Shown: in pieces, positions 27,401 through 35,486 of the stretch
How the letters are laid out: every line of letters starts with the position of its first letter
How positions within the stretch are numbered: position 1 is the first letter of the stretch
Assembly (NCBI GenBank): GCA_021796895.1
Contig: JAKABN010000001.1
Coordinates: forward strand, 1 to 54,488
DNA length: 54,488 nucleotides
Reading direction: 5' to 3'
DNA from: Thermoplasmata archaeon
GTDB taxonomy: Archaea; Thermoplasmatota; Thermoplasmata; Sysuiplasmatales; Sysuiplasmataceae
Made by a program: the position numbers and the translations under genes
The notes under the pieces: model-generated
Database searches by the model: none
Told to the model about the DNA's origin: nothing
The model's input: the letters and a program-made list of their open reading frames with translations, nothing else

Positions 27401-28800
27401 GCAGCGGCGCCAACAGCACGATAATAGCGCCGGCAGTTGCCGGCGTTGGAGATCAGTATACCATGTACATTCGCGTCACCTACTGGAACGGTGCCCCCGC
27501 CGCTTTTGTTCCGGTGGATTTGGCATCGCCAAACCTTGTGTCCCCGCCGTTCTCCCCTGTTCCGATTCAGGGCACGAGCACAGTCACCAACGCTTCAGGC
27601 ATCGCCGCACTTACGATTGACTATGGTGTATCGATAGCCTCGCAGTCTTCCCAGGGTATGCTTCTGATACAGGCGTTCAACGACACCTATCCGTCGGAAT
27701 CCATGCTCACTCCTTCCACAAATCTTACCGTGCTGACCAATGACAGCACTTCCGTTGTGCTGTTTCTGGGCCAGGCATTCGGCACGGCCTACACAACAAT
27801 ACTGCTCAGCTCCGGCTCAGTTCTGTACACGCCGTTCATAGGCACAAGCGGCGCCTACGGCAATTTTTTCATTGAAAGTCCGACTTTCGCACCTCTCAGC
27901 TCATACAACAACATAACCTCTATATCATATTCAGTCGACGGAGTAACTCCGGTCAAAGTTCCCCTGCCGTCGGCAGGTCAGAACAGTTTCCTGTGGTCCT
28001 TCCCCCTGTCCGGTCTCTCTCCGGGCCAGCACACTCTCGCCGTAATGTTCAATGACTCGCACGGTTTTGCCTATTCCGTCGACTACGTGTTTTATGTGAT
28101 AGGCAGCGGTACCAATCCGGGACCCGCAGTTTCGTTCACATCTCCATCGCAGGGTTCATACGTTTCGGGCCCGACAACGGTTTCTTTCACATCAACGCAG
28201 TCCCAGTATCTGCTTTCGGAAACACTCAGGATCAATCAGATATCGTACAACGTCCGCGGCCTGACGTCATTCACATTCAACGCTTCCACATTCGGCTACG
28301 GTGTGATGACGATCACGCTGACCTCTGTCAATTACAACGGCGTCTCGGCATCGACCTCCCTGCTGCTGTATGCCGCTCCGCAGCTCAGGCCCGTTGCGGC
28401 GATAACTTCGCCCACTCCCGGCAGGGTCTTCAATTCAACAGACAGCGTTACAGTCGGCTTCTATTATTCAGGCGACTACATATCATCTGCGACTCTTCAT
28501 GTTACGGGCCCCTCAACAAACGCATCCTACAATGTCAATGGAATGTCGTCCTACACTCTCAGCAGGCTGGCAAAAGGAACTTATCATCTCACGTACACTG
28601 TGACAAGCGCTGACGGATCATCAGGCACGGCCTCAGGCAACTTCACTATACTTTCGACTCCGGCCCAGACTGCCGGCGCGGCGTTCACTGACATCTCCCC
28701 GCTGGCAGGCGGTCTTATGGCTGCCCTGTTCCTCGCCGGCATACTGATCGGACTGTTCATCGACCGCGTGAGAAAGAGACCGCCTCCGAAAGTGCCGTGA
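24406..28800 (+). CDS. Giant membrane-anchored S53 (sedolisin/kumamolisin-type) serine-carboxyl peptidase with a long Ser/Thr-rich C-terminal extension
   Basis: A pro-kumamolisin-like activation domain is present (SFKIRNEQQLVTLISEQQTPGSPLYHHFLSLSQFQQSFGP). The Glu/Asp pair is in EFTLDIEYSG. ITNSWGG and ASSGDQGG are present. The Ser nucleophile is in GGTSFACPTIAGEF. About 850 aa of beta-rich extension follow. The C-terminal anchor is LMAALFLAGILIGLFIDRVRKRPPPKVP. The start is uncertain between 24334 and 24406. Confidence 0.85.
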   Translation: MAHEARYRVSCATPRPADSTSHTVNAFRMCAAVAVAAALILSGLSIYLIRANTASGPVATVSGPSTAQLIHGPYASSGPTELPMLKGATSIGLVPGSMPMYLTVSFKIRNEQQLVTLISEQQTPGSPLYHHFLSLSQFQQSFGPTSQVYNEALSYFTAMGFTQVPTGTTMTLAFRASAGDVGSAFKTQIGFFRLHNGSTVYSNIRSLSLPVPISSSISSVNGMTDIVKIHTGLVHSPFFEYGGYLPLAASSSGTSQYSNMSRAVNFTKPGFLYTGKSFPYGQWQFLNPSVLGTAYNATPLYALGDRGQGTTIAVVMAGGYNPSDLATYSKMVFNSSSQILNRLTPYPVNGGTANATLPGAVLQTGGDAFEFTLDIEYSGTMAPGAHIDAVYGPSLSTASLVSAYAKLTTISPLPNVITNSWGGSEDTWWNLYGPSWQSAGALENYFMELTSMGSTILASSGDQGGYDSFSGLLSTSIPASSPYVVAVGGVRTTVSNATGVQFPSPSQYSVNATVAPFGFSETSSYPAWFPNYTLNASSPRNVTSNSYWYTPGFTPSSPDFASGGIGLSYWFEQPWWQHGKSVPYTGRRMVPDVSAEADFNQTVYFGGAWNFFWGGTSFACPTIAGEFALLDTYLNSTAGNSSNRSGYYLGLAQPLLYNLGNDPHLPLVPYSQISSGGNPWDNYASAGGLGWPGGQNWPYAYAAPLRGWNLLTGWGVPNVAGMVLDAAALLSKSSSYNQFFVELNGSTPAALPGDATYTFTLVNSTGAPVSGANVSMAFTSADGVTNYSAATTNATGRFSFAAGGLHGYLSLYSSRLPSLSSGFASIWISLPNLSSGIVSVTVLGAGHSVMGGFDFFNGFLSPNYPALGSLMPNTVRVLVTYKATPTSVAVPVYNAMLLASTPSEPYFSSPPAYTNPYYTALSSLNYTPARSLSFTNLSGIAYVETWNVQHPENYTIFASYRGLTNATHLAVTPRFNIQSLNTFSSTEGTRAGGSPGYIGSGANSTIIAPAVAGVGDQYTMYIRVTYWNGAPAAFVPVDLASPNLVSPPFSPVPIQGTSTVTNASGIAALTIDYGVSIASQSSQGMLLIQAFNDTYPSESMLTPSTNLTVLTNDSTSVVLFLGQAFGTAYTTILLSSGSVLYTPFIGTSGAYGNFFIESPTFAPLSSYNNITSISYSVDGVTPVKVPLPSAGQNSFLWSFPLSGLSPGQHTLAVMFNDSHGFAYSVDYVFYVIGSGTNPGPAVSFTSPSQGSYVSGPTTVSFTSTQSQYLLSETLRINQISYNVRGLTSFTFNASTFGYGVMTITLTSVNYNGVSASTSLLLYAAPQLRPVAAITSPTPGRVFNSTDSVTVGFYYSGDYISSATLHVTGPSTNASYNVNGMSSYTLSRLAKGTYHLTYTVTSADGSSGTASGNFTILSTPAQTAGAAFTDISPLAGGLMAALFLAGILIGLFIDRVRKRPPPKVP

Positions 28801-28905
28801 TTTGCTGTTGCATGATGCAGACGCCGGCGCACAGGTGTGCGTGACCGCCGCAGACCGTAACATATTACTTGTTGTCGCGTTTAGCGTGAATCGGAGATAT
28901 TGTGC

Positions 28906-29562
28906 ATGGAATGCAACGGCTGCCTGTTTCCGGACGACCTGCTGTACGCCGATGATGCAGAACTCTGGTTAAGACCGGACGGGTCTGACTACGTGGTTGG
29001 AATGACGTCCGCGGTTCTCTGGACTGCGGGAAAGGGTGCGAAACTTTCGCTGAAGGCCAGAGGCAGTCTGGTCAGAAGCGGCAAGAGTCTGGCCACAATA
29101 GAGAGTGTGAAATATTTCGGCTCTCTCAGGACACCGTTCGACTGCCTGATTGTGGATGTCAACGCCTCTCTTTCCAGTGAGCCACTGACCACTTCCTCCA
29201 TTTACGGCAGGGACTGGCTTGCCGTCGTCCGTGCAGTCGATCCGGACGGCGCCAGAGCAAGGCTCGTCAGCGGTGCAAGTGCGCACGTTCTCTTTGAGAG
29301 GAAAATATCTTCTCTTCACCTGAACTGTTTCGCCGCGCTTCCTGATGTGGAAATGCTGGAGATAGGTACGGAATGCAACGCCGTGCTCACCCGCCTCAAC
29401 GAGGCGTTTTCCGGGAAGGGTGCCAATTACGTGGTGCATCTGGTGACTGACGACCCGACTTCACCCATCGAGATGATACGGTGGTCAGACGAGACCGGAA
29501 ATAAAATAAAGGAGAGGAAAAAAATTGATAATCTGTTCCACTTCACGCTCGTCAGGGCGTGA
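28906..29562 (+). CDS. Fusion protein: GcvH/LbpA-like lipoyl-carrier domain plus a TusA/SirA-like sulfur-carrier domain
   Basis: The N-terminus is MECNGC (CxxC). The GcvH pattern is VVGMTSAVLWTAGKGAKLSLKARGSLVRSGKSLATIESVKYFGSLRTPFDCLIVDVN...GRDWLAVV, with the ESVK lysine. The C-terminal LEIGTECNAVLTRLNEAF...VVHLVTDDPTSPIEMIRWSDETGNKI follows the TusA pattern with the Cys retained. GGAGA lies 8 nt upstream of the ATG at 28906. Confidence 0.8.
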   Translation: MECNGCLFPDDLLYADDAELWLRPDGSDYVVGMTSAVLWTAGKGAKLSLKARGSLVRSGKSLATIESVKYFGSLRTPFDCLIVDVNASLSSEPLTTSSIYGRDWLAVVRAVDPDGARARLVSGASAHVLFERKISSLHLNCFAALPDVEMLEIGTECNAVLTRLNEAFSGKGANYVVHLVTDDPTSPIEMIRWSDETGNKIKERKKIDNLFHFTLVRA

Positions 29563-29569
29563 GTCCGGA

Positions 29570-30412
29570 TTATTTCTCTATCGGTATGCCCACGGAGTTT
29601 CCCCACTCAGACCATGAGCCGTCGTAATTCCAGACATTGCCGTAGCCGAGGAGAAAGCGAAGCACGAACCACGTGTGCGATGACCTTTCTCCTATCCTGC
29701 AGTAGGTTATGATGTTCCTGTCAGGCGTGATGCCCCTGGACTCGTACAGCTTTTTCAGCTCGTCGGCGCTCTTGAATGTGCCGTCCTCGTTGACTGCCTG
29801 CGACCACGGTATGTTGGCCGCTCCCGGAATGTGACCTCCCCTCTGAGCGCCCTCGTTCGGATACTCCGGCGGTGCAAGTATCTGACCCGTGTACTCCGCC
29901 GGACTCCTTACGTCGACAAGCGCCCAGTTCTGCTGTCCTGTTGCCTTTTTCACATCACCTGCAAAGGCCCTTATTTTCGGATCGGGTTCGCGGGCACTGT
30001 AAGATGTCCGGGGATACGACGGCACATCCTTAGTAACGGGGCTGTCTTCAGCCAGCCACTTCTTCCTGCCTCCGTTCATCAGCTTTACGTGTTCCACACC
30101 GTAATATTTGAAGTCCCAGAATGCGTATGCGGCAAACCAGTTGTTGTAATCCCCGTACAGCACAATGGTCGTGCCGTTGCTTATTCCCGCTCCTGCAAAA
30201 AGTTCCTCCAGCTGCTTCCTGCCAAGTATGTCCCTGGTTATCTGATTATTCAGATCCTTTCGCCAGTCAAAGAGCACAGCTCCGGGAATGTGTCCCTGAT
30301 TGTAGTTAGGGGCCGGATCGTAATCCACTTCAACGATCCTGACGCCTTCTCTGTTGAGGTTCTCCCGAACCCATTCCGTGCTGACAAGTACATCGCTGTT
30401 TGCATATTCCAT
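29570..30412 (-). CDS. Two-domain rhodanese (thiosulfate / 3-mercaptopyruvate sulfurtransferase)
   Basis: The active-site loop is ITYCRIGERSSHTW, in the second of two rhodanese domains. An internal Met (MEYANSDVLVSTEWV) is chosen as the start because a TATA-like TAAATAAAC lies at about 30455-30465. Confidence 0.9.
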   Translation of the reverse strand: MEYANSDVLVSTEWVRENLNREGVRIVEVDYDPAPNYNQGHIPGAVLFDWRKDLNNQITRDILGRKQLEELFAGAGISNGTTIVLYGDYNNWFAAYAFWDFKYYGVEHVKLMNGGRKKWLAEDSPVTKDVPSYPRTSYSAREPDPKIRAFAGDVKKATGQQNWALVDVRSPAEYTGQILAPPEYPNEGAQRGGHIPGAANIPWSQAVNEDGTFKSADELKKLYESRGITPDRNIITYCRIGERSSHTWFVLRFLLGYGNVWNYDGSWSEWGNSVGIPIEK

Positions 30413-30613
30413 GTTATTACCTTCCGTTCCTATAACGGCGTAATATTTCAAGTTTATTTAGCCGGGTTCGAGACTGTTGCATAATGATTCAATCGTCCTG
30501 AGTCATGTCCTGAGCCTGCAGCCCCGGAATATGGGCAAAAGTGCAGAAAGACATAATTATCAGGGGAGCATAGTTGCGGGATGGTGTAGAAATTGGCAGA
30601 CAACAAGCACGTG

Positions 30614-30754
30614 ATGCACTGTTCCTACTGCGAACTGAGGATTGGTTTCAATCCGGAAGCGGAAAACGTGGATGTGCCGCTATTCTGTGATGACGACTGT
30701 TACGCGCATTATAAGGAAAAATATCCGGACAAGGTCAGGGAAGGCTGGCCCTGA
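30614..30754 (+). CDS. Small (46 aa) Cys-rich TRASH/zinc-ribbon-like protein, absent from the ORF track
   Basis: The translation is MHCSYCELRIGFNPEAENVDVPLFCDDDCYAHYKEKYPDKVREGWP, with the spacing C-x2-C...FC-x3-C. A TATA-like ATAATTAT lies about 55 nt upstream. An alternative TTG start is at 30593. Confidence 0.4.
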   Translation: MHCSYCELRIGFNPEAENVDVPLFCDDDCYAHYKEKYPDKVREGWP

Positions 30755-30861
30755 TCGGGCACCATGTTTATCGCGCCCCTTTTAAGTGTGTATGCGCCGA
30801 CAGGCGCGCTGCCATGCAGCAGCCTTTTATTTGAACCGCTCTTTTAACCACCTGTGGTAAA

Positions 30862-32001
30862 ATGAATTTTGACCTCAACGAAGAGCAGAACCTTATCCAG
30901 TCGACAGTCAGAAATTTTGCTGAAAACGAGGTGCTGCCCATTGCCTCCTCGATTGAGGAAGAAATGCGCTTTCCGACAGAGCTGATTCCAAGGATGGCAT
31001 CTCTGGGTCTGATGGGGATGCAGGTCCCGGAAGAGTTTGGCGGAAGCAGCCTGGACACTGTAAGCTACTCCATTGCCGTGGAAGAGCTTGCCAGAGTCAG
31101 CGCTTCTGTTGCGATCATAGTATCTGTTCACAATTCGCTCGTCATCTATCCTTTTTACAGGTACGGGAATGACGTTCAGAGGAGAAAATATGTTTCGGCG
31201 CTCGCATCCGGAGGAAAACTGGGCGCCTACTGCATAACCGAAGCAGGCGCAGGTTCCGATGTCTCCAATGAGAGAACGGTCGCGAAGAGGAAGGGGGACA
31301 GCTACCTCCTGAACGGGGAAAAACTGTTCATTACAAACGGGGAGAAGGCAGACCTGTTTTTTGTAATGGCCAGGACGGGCGCAACGGACAGGACGAAAAA
31401 CCTCAGCGTATTCATAGTCGAAAGGGAGACGCGCGGTCTCGTAGTGTCGCCGCCGGAAAAGAAGATGGGCCTCAACGCTTCCGGTACTGTTTCCGTCACA
31501 TTCGAAAATGCCGAGGTTCCGGCCGAGAACCTCCTTGGAGAGGAGGGAATGGGAATGAAGATTGCGCTGTCCACCCTGGACGCCGGAAGAATCGGCGTTG
31601 CCGCCCAGAGCGTGGGCATTGCACAGGGTGCACTGGAAGCTGCCGTGAACTATTCCAGACAGAGAGAACAGTTCGGAAAGAAGATATCAGAGTTTCAGGC
31701 TATTCAGTGGATGATAGCCGACATGGCAACCTGGGTGGAGACCGGAAGGCTGCTGCTGCACAAAGCCGCATGCCTCAAGGATCAGGGAAAGGATTATTCG
31801 CTGCTCGCTTCGATGGCCAAGCTCTATGCATCTGAGGCTGCAAACAGAGTTGCTGACAGGGCGGTGCAGATACACGGAGGCATCGGTTATATCCGCGGAA
31901 CTCCGGTGGAACGGTTCTACAGGGATGCGCGTGTGACCGAGATTTACGAAGGGACGAGCGAAATACAGCGCATGGTTATATCCAGAAAGATGCTGCAGTG
32001 A
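30862..32001 (+). CDS. Acyl-CoA dehydrogenase (short/medium-chain type)
   Basis: The start is MNFDLNEEQ. Supporting motifs are CITEAGAGSDV and GGIGYIRGTPVERFYRDARVTEIYEGTSEIQ, which contains the catalytic Glu region. A TATA-like CTTTTATTTGA lies about 30 nt upstream, so the transcript may be leaderless. Confidence 0.92.
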   Translation: MNFDLNEEQNLIQSTVRNFAENEVLPIASSIEEEMRFPTELIPRMASLGLMGMQVPEEFGGSSLDTVSYSIAVEELARVSASVAIIVSVHNSLVIYPFYRYGNDVQRRKYVSALASGGKLGAYCITEAGAGSDVSNERTVAKRKGDSYLLNGEKLFITNGEKADLFFVMARTGATDRTKNLSVFIVERETRGLVVSPPEKKMGLNASGTVSVTFENAEVPAENLLGEEGMGMKIALSTLDAGRIGVAAQSVGIAQGALEAAVNYSRQREQFGKKISEFQAIQWMIADMATWVETGRLLLHKAACLKDQGKDYSLLASMAKLYASEAANRVADRAVQIHGGIGYIRGTPVERFYRDARVTEIYEGTSEIQRMVISRKMLQ

Positions 32002-32022
32002 CAGAAGGAGACGCGGAACGCT

Positions 32023-33360
32023 TCACCGGCTGCCGCTTTCGACGGCGCCTATTGCCCTGTCGAGTATCTCCACGGCAACATCTATCTGTTCCCGGCTGAC
32101 ATTGAGCGAAGGAATCAGCCTTATGCCGGATTTTCCACATCCGAGCAATATGAGTCCCATCCTGCTTGCTTCCGCCACAATCTTCTCACGTTCGTCGTGA
32201 GCGTAGGCTTTAGTCTTTCTGTCCTTCACCAGCTCGATCGCCAGCATGAGACCCAGCCCTCTGACATCCCCGATGAGTCTGTGTTTTTCCTGAAGTTCGA
32301 CGAGTCTCTTCCTGAAATACTCGCCCATTTTCCCCGCGTTCTCAACCAGTCTCTCTTCATTGATGATTTCCAGAGTTGCGAGCGAAGCCGCACAGCCAAC
32401 AAGGTTGCCGCCGAACGTGTTTGAGTGAGCACCTTCAACACCGAAATCCAGGTCGCTCCTGAACACAGTGGCGGCAATGGGTATGCCGGAGCCGAGGGAC
32501 TTCGAAGTGGTCATTATGTCCGGTTCTATTCCCCAGTGTTCGATACCCCACAGTTTTCCGGTCCTTCCCAGCCCCGCCTGCACTTCGTCGTCAGCAAACA
32601 GTATCCCGTGCTTTTTGATTATTTTGTGTATGGTGGGATAGAATTCCTTCGGAGGAACTATGTAGCCTCCCTCTCCCTGCACAGGTTCGCCAAAGAGCAC
32701 CGCCACCTCTTCGGGAGGAACAAACGTGCTGAAATACGTCTCTTCGAGTGTCTTGGCGCACCAGAGATCGCATGACGGATATTCGAGATGATACGGGCAT
32801 CTGTAGCAGTTGGCAAAAGGTATGTGAGTGACGCCGTCCAGCGAGGGAAAGAAACGCTCCTTCTGCACAGGCTTGCTTGCAGTCAGCGACAGAGAACCCA
32901 TCGTCCTGCCGTGAAACGCGCCTATGAACGCTATCATCCTTTTTCTGCCGGTCGACCATCTGCCCACTTTTATCGCAGCCTCTATCGCCTCCGTCCCGCT
33001 GTTGCTGAAAAATACCTTCTTCGAAAACGAGCCGGGCGTGATCTCCACGAGCTTCTGCGCAAGCGACGCCTGTATGTCATAGTAGAAGTCTGTGCCGGCA
33101 AAATGCATCAGTTCCTTCGATTGCCTGATCACAGCTTCGACGACCTTCGGATGACAGTGGCCCACATTCAGGACGCTTATTCCGCTTGAGAAATCCAGAA
33201 GTTTGTTGCCGTCAACATCCTCCACTACCAGTCCCTTTGCCCTTCGGGCAACGATCGGAAGGGCTTTGGTAGTCGTCGCAATGTATGAATTGTCCTTGGC
33301 TATGATCTCGCTGGCGGCAGGGCCTGGTGGAGTTACCTTAATGTCCGGTACATCTGGCAT
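32023..33360 (-). CDS. Class III PLP aminotransferase (4-aminobutyrate / ornithine-family)
   Basis: Supporting motifs are SNSGTEAIEAAIK and FADDEVQAGLGRTGKLW. The PLP lysine is in TTSKSLGSG. Confidence 0.92.
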   Translation of the reverse strand: MPDVPDIKVTPPGPAASEIIAKDNSYIATTTKALPIVARRAKGLVVEDVDGNKLLDFSSGISVLNVGHCHPKVVEAVIRQSKELMHFAGTDFYYDIQASLAQKLVEITPGSFSKKVFFSNSGTEAIEAAIKVGRWSTGRKRMIAFIGAFHGRTMGSLSLTASKPVQKERFFPSLDGVTHIPFANCYRCPYHLEYPSCDLWCAKTLEETYFSTFVPPEEVAVLFGEPVQGEGGYIVPPKEFYPTIHKIIKKHGILFADDEVQAGLGRTGKLWGIEHWGIEPDIMTTSKSLGSGIPIAATVFRSDLDFGVEGAHSNTFGGNLVGCAASLATLEIINEERLVENAGKMGEYFRKRLVELQEKHRLIGDVRGLGLMLAIELVKDRKTKAYAHDEREKIVAEASRMGLILLGCGKSGIRLIPSLNVSREQIDVAVEILDRAIGAVESGSR

Positions 33361-33646
33361 TCGGATTCACCCGTATTCCTGCCAATCATTACCGGTGGTA
33401 TTTTAACATGCGAGTCACGTGCTGTCAGCAAATTGCGGCACGAAACCATCCTATTTTCGATAAAAATACACACAAAGTGCACAATGTCATGTTCGAACTG
33501 TTAACACTGTTTCGTATATCCGATACACATGCTTAATAAATAAAAATGTCCGAATATCGCAATCATTTGCAAAAAACGGTTCATCGCAGCCTGTCAGTTT
33601 GTGTCAATGTTCCCGGAGCTCTGCTGCACATTTCTGTACCCGAAAT

Positions 33647-33656
33647 ACTTATAAAA
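33647..33656 (+). promoter_or_regulatory. BRE/TATA-like element upstream of rpoK
   Basis: CGAAATACTTATAAAAGG is centred about 45 nt upstream of the ATG at 33697. Confidence 0.4.
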
Positions 33657-33696
33657 GGAACGTGTAATCGGGTCATCCCCTTCCGGGAGAGTCGCT

Positions 33697-33888
33697 ATGA
33701 ATACTTCAGTTTACACGAGGTTTGAGAGAGCACGCATTATCGGTGCCAGGGCCCTTCAGATATCCATGGGCGCGCCGATTCTCGTCGATGTGCCAAGAAC
33801 GATGATTGATCCAGTCGAAATATCCCTGCTCGAATTCAGCAAAGACTTAATACCGATGACTGTTAGACGCAAAAAGCAGAATACATAG
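33697..33888 (+). CDS. rpoK: DNA-directed RNA polymerase subunit K (Rpo6)
   Basis: [21 protein letters not shown] is the conserved RpoK/Rpb6 core. The 63 aa length fits. Confidence 0.9.
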   Translation: MNTSVYTRFERARIIGARALQISMGAPILVDVPRTMIDPVEISLLEFSKDLIPMTVRRKKQNT

Positions 33889-33899
33889 GCAGTGTAACC

Positions 33900-34517
33900 A
33901 TGATTGGAGAACAGACTCAGGCGGCCGATCTTCTGATACCGGAAGACACTTACCTGACATCGGGAGTGCATATCGGAACGCAGCAGAAAAGCGCCGACAT
34001 GAAGTCATTCATATTCAAGGTCAGGAGCGATGGCCTCTACGTTCTGGACGTAAAGCAGACAGACGCAAGGATCAGGGTTGCCGCGAAATTCCTGTCGAGA
34101 TTCGAACCTTCCGGCGTCCTCGTTGTTTCGGCCCGTCAGTACGGGCAGAAGCCTTCGAAACTGTTTGCGGACAGGATCGGAGCAAGGACATTCCCCGGCA
34201 GGTTTGTGCCCGGAACCATGACGAATCCAAATCTGCCCGAGTTCACTGAGCCCGACGTGCTGTTTGTCACAGACCCATCGGCAGATCAGCAGGCTCTCCA
34301 CGAGGCGCTGAATGTGAACATTCCAATCATCGGACTCTGTGACGCCAACAACGAGACAAGAAACGTTGATATGGTGATACCCACAAACAACAAGGGGAGA
34401 AGAGCACTTGCATGCATATACTGGCTTCTCACGCGCGAGGTTCTCAAAGCGCGCGGTGTGATAAAGACAGACGAGGAATTCACATCCACGATCGACGACT
34501 ACGAAGCTACGATTTAA
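33900..34517 (+). CDS. rps2: 30S ribosomal protein uS2 (archaeal type)
   Basis: Supporting motifs are [60 protein letters not shown] and [18 protein letters not shown]. Confidence 0.95.
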   Translation: MIGEQTQAADLLIPEDTYLTSGVHIGTQQKSADMKSFIFKVRSDGLYVLDVKQTDARIRVAAKFLSRFEPSGVLVVSARQYGQKPSKLFADRIGARTFPGRFVPGTMTNPNLPEFTEPDVLFVTDPSADQQALHEALNVNIPIIGLCDANNETRNVDMVIPTNNKGRRALACIYWLLTREVLKARGVIKTDEEFTSTIDDYEATI

Positions 34518-34630
34518 TGGTGTGAGGAGGGGCTGCGGGTGCAGCCGCCTTTCTGTCTCCTGAATGCATCTTGCCGCAGATGTTTGACTGCATGTCTGCG
34601 AAACAGTTAATTCCCCACCGTGCGATCTGC

Positions 34631-35455
34631 ATGCCGATGAGGCAGCCTGCGGTTTCCGGGGCATTCTATGATGAGGACCCTGACATCCTGCGCTCAAGCA
34701 TAGCCCGGTGCTTCCTGTCCGCACGCGGACCGGGCGAGCTGCCTTCACAATCCAACATGGGCAGCTCCAGGCGCATCAGGGGTGTGGTGGTTCCGCATGC
34801 TGGCTATATCTTTTCGGGAGAAATTGCCGCCCACGCCTATCTCGGCCTGTGGAAGGATGGTCTGCCGGACACTCTGGTTGTCATCGGACCCAATCACTAC
34901 GGCACTTCGCCGCATGTGTCGTTATCGGATGAGGACTTTGTGACGCCGCTGGGCGTTGCAAAGGTGGATGTCGCTCTGTCGCAGGAGCTGGCCGGCGGCA
35001 TGGTGCGCTTCAGCAGCATCTCCCAGGCCTCAGAACATTCAATAGAGGTTCAGCTGCCCTTCCTCCAGTTTCTGAGGAAGGACATCACATTTGTCCCTGT
35101 GTGTATGGGCCGGCAGGATCCGGAACATGCTCTGACGCTCGGAAAGAGGCTCTCCGCCGCCCTTGCCGGACGCGATGCTGTAATTGTGGCCTCATCAGAC
35201 TTCTCCCATTACGTGCCGCCGGAAATCGCAAGGAAGAAGGACGCTCTTGCCATCGACAGGATTGTGAAGCTCGATTCCGCAGGCCTGTACGAAACAGTCA
35301 TATCGGAAGATGTGACGATGTGCGGATACGGGCCGGTTATGACCATGCTGCATGCGTGCGGCGGCAATGCGGGAACTGTCCTCGCCTACGGACACTCCGG
35401 AGAAGTCCGGCAAATGGATGATGTTGTAGGCTACTGTTCAATAAAAATCGAGTGA
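34631..35455 (+). CDS. MEMO1 / AmmeMemoRadiSam system protein B family
   Basis: Supporting motifs are RQPAVSGAFYDEDP, VVPHAGYIFSGEIAAHAY, SEHSIEVQLPFLQF and SSDFSHY. The position after rpoK-rps2 is the usual archaeal context. The start is either 34631 or 34637. Confidence 0.88.
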   Translation: MPMRQPAVSGAFYDEDPDILRSSIARCFLSARGPGELPSQSNMGSSRRIRGVVVPHAGYIFSGEIAAHAYLGLWKDGLPDTLVVIGPNHYGTSPHVSLSDEDFVTPLGVAKVDVALSQELAGGMVRFSSISQASEHSIEVQLPFLQFLRKDITFVPVCMGRQDPEHALTLGKRLSAALAGRDAVIVASSDFSHYVPPEIARKKDALAIDRIVKLDSAGLYETVISEDVTMCGYGPVMTMLHACGGNAGTVLAYGHSGEVRQMDDVVGYCSIKIE

Positions 35456-35486
35456 ACCCGTATAACCGGGCCCACCTTGCTCTGAG

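Noticed and set aside
28969-30484. Antisense ORFs opposite the GcvH-TusA gene (28969-29439, minus strand) and opposite the rhodanese gene (29831-30484, plus strand, 217 aa)
   Set aside because: The opposite strand carries clear family motifs in each case. These translations are compositionally non-protein-like.
34005-34748. 247-aa minus-strand ORF spanning the rps2/MEMO region
   Set aside because: It overlaps two highly conserved plus-strand genes. The translation is Arg/Cys/Pro-rich.
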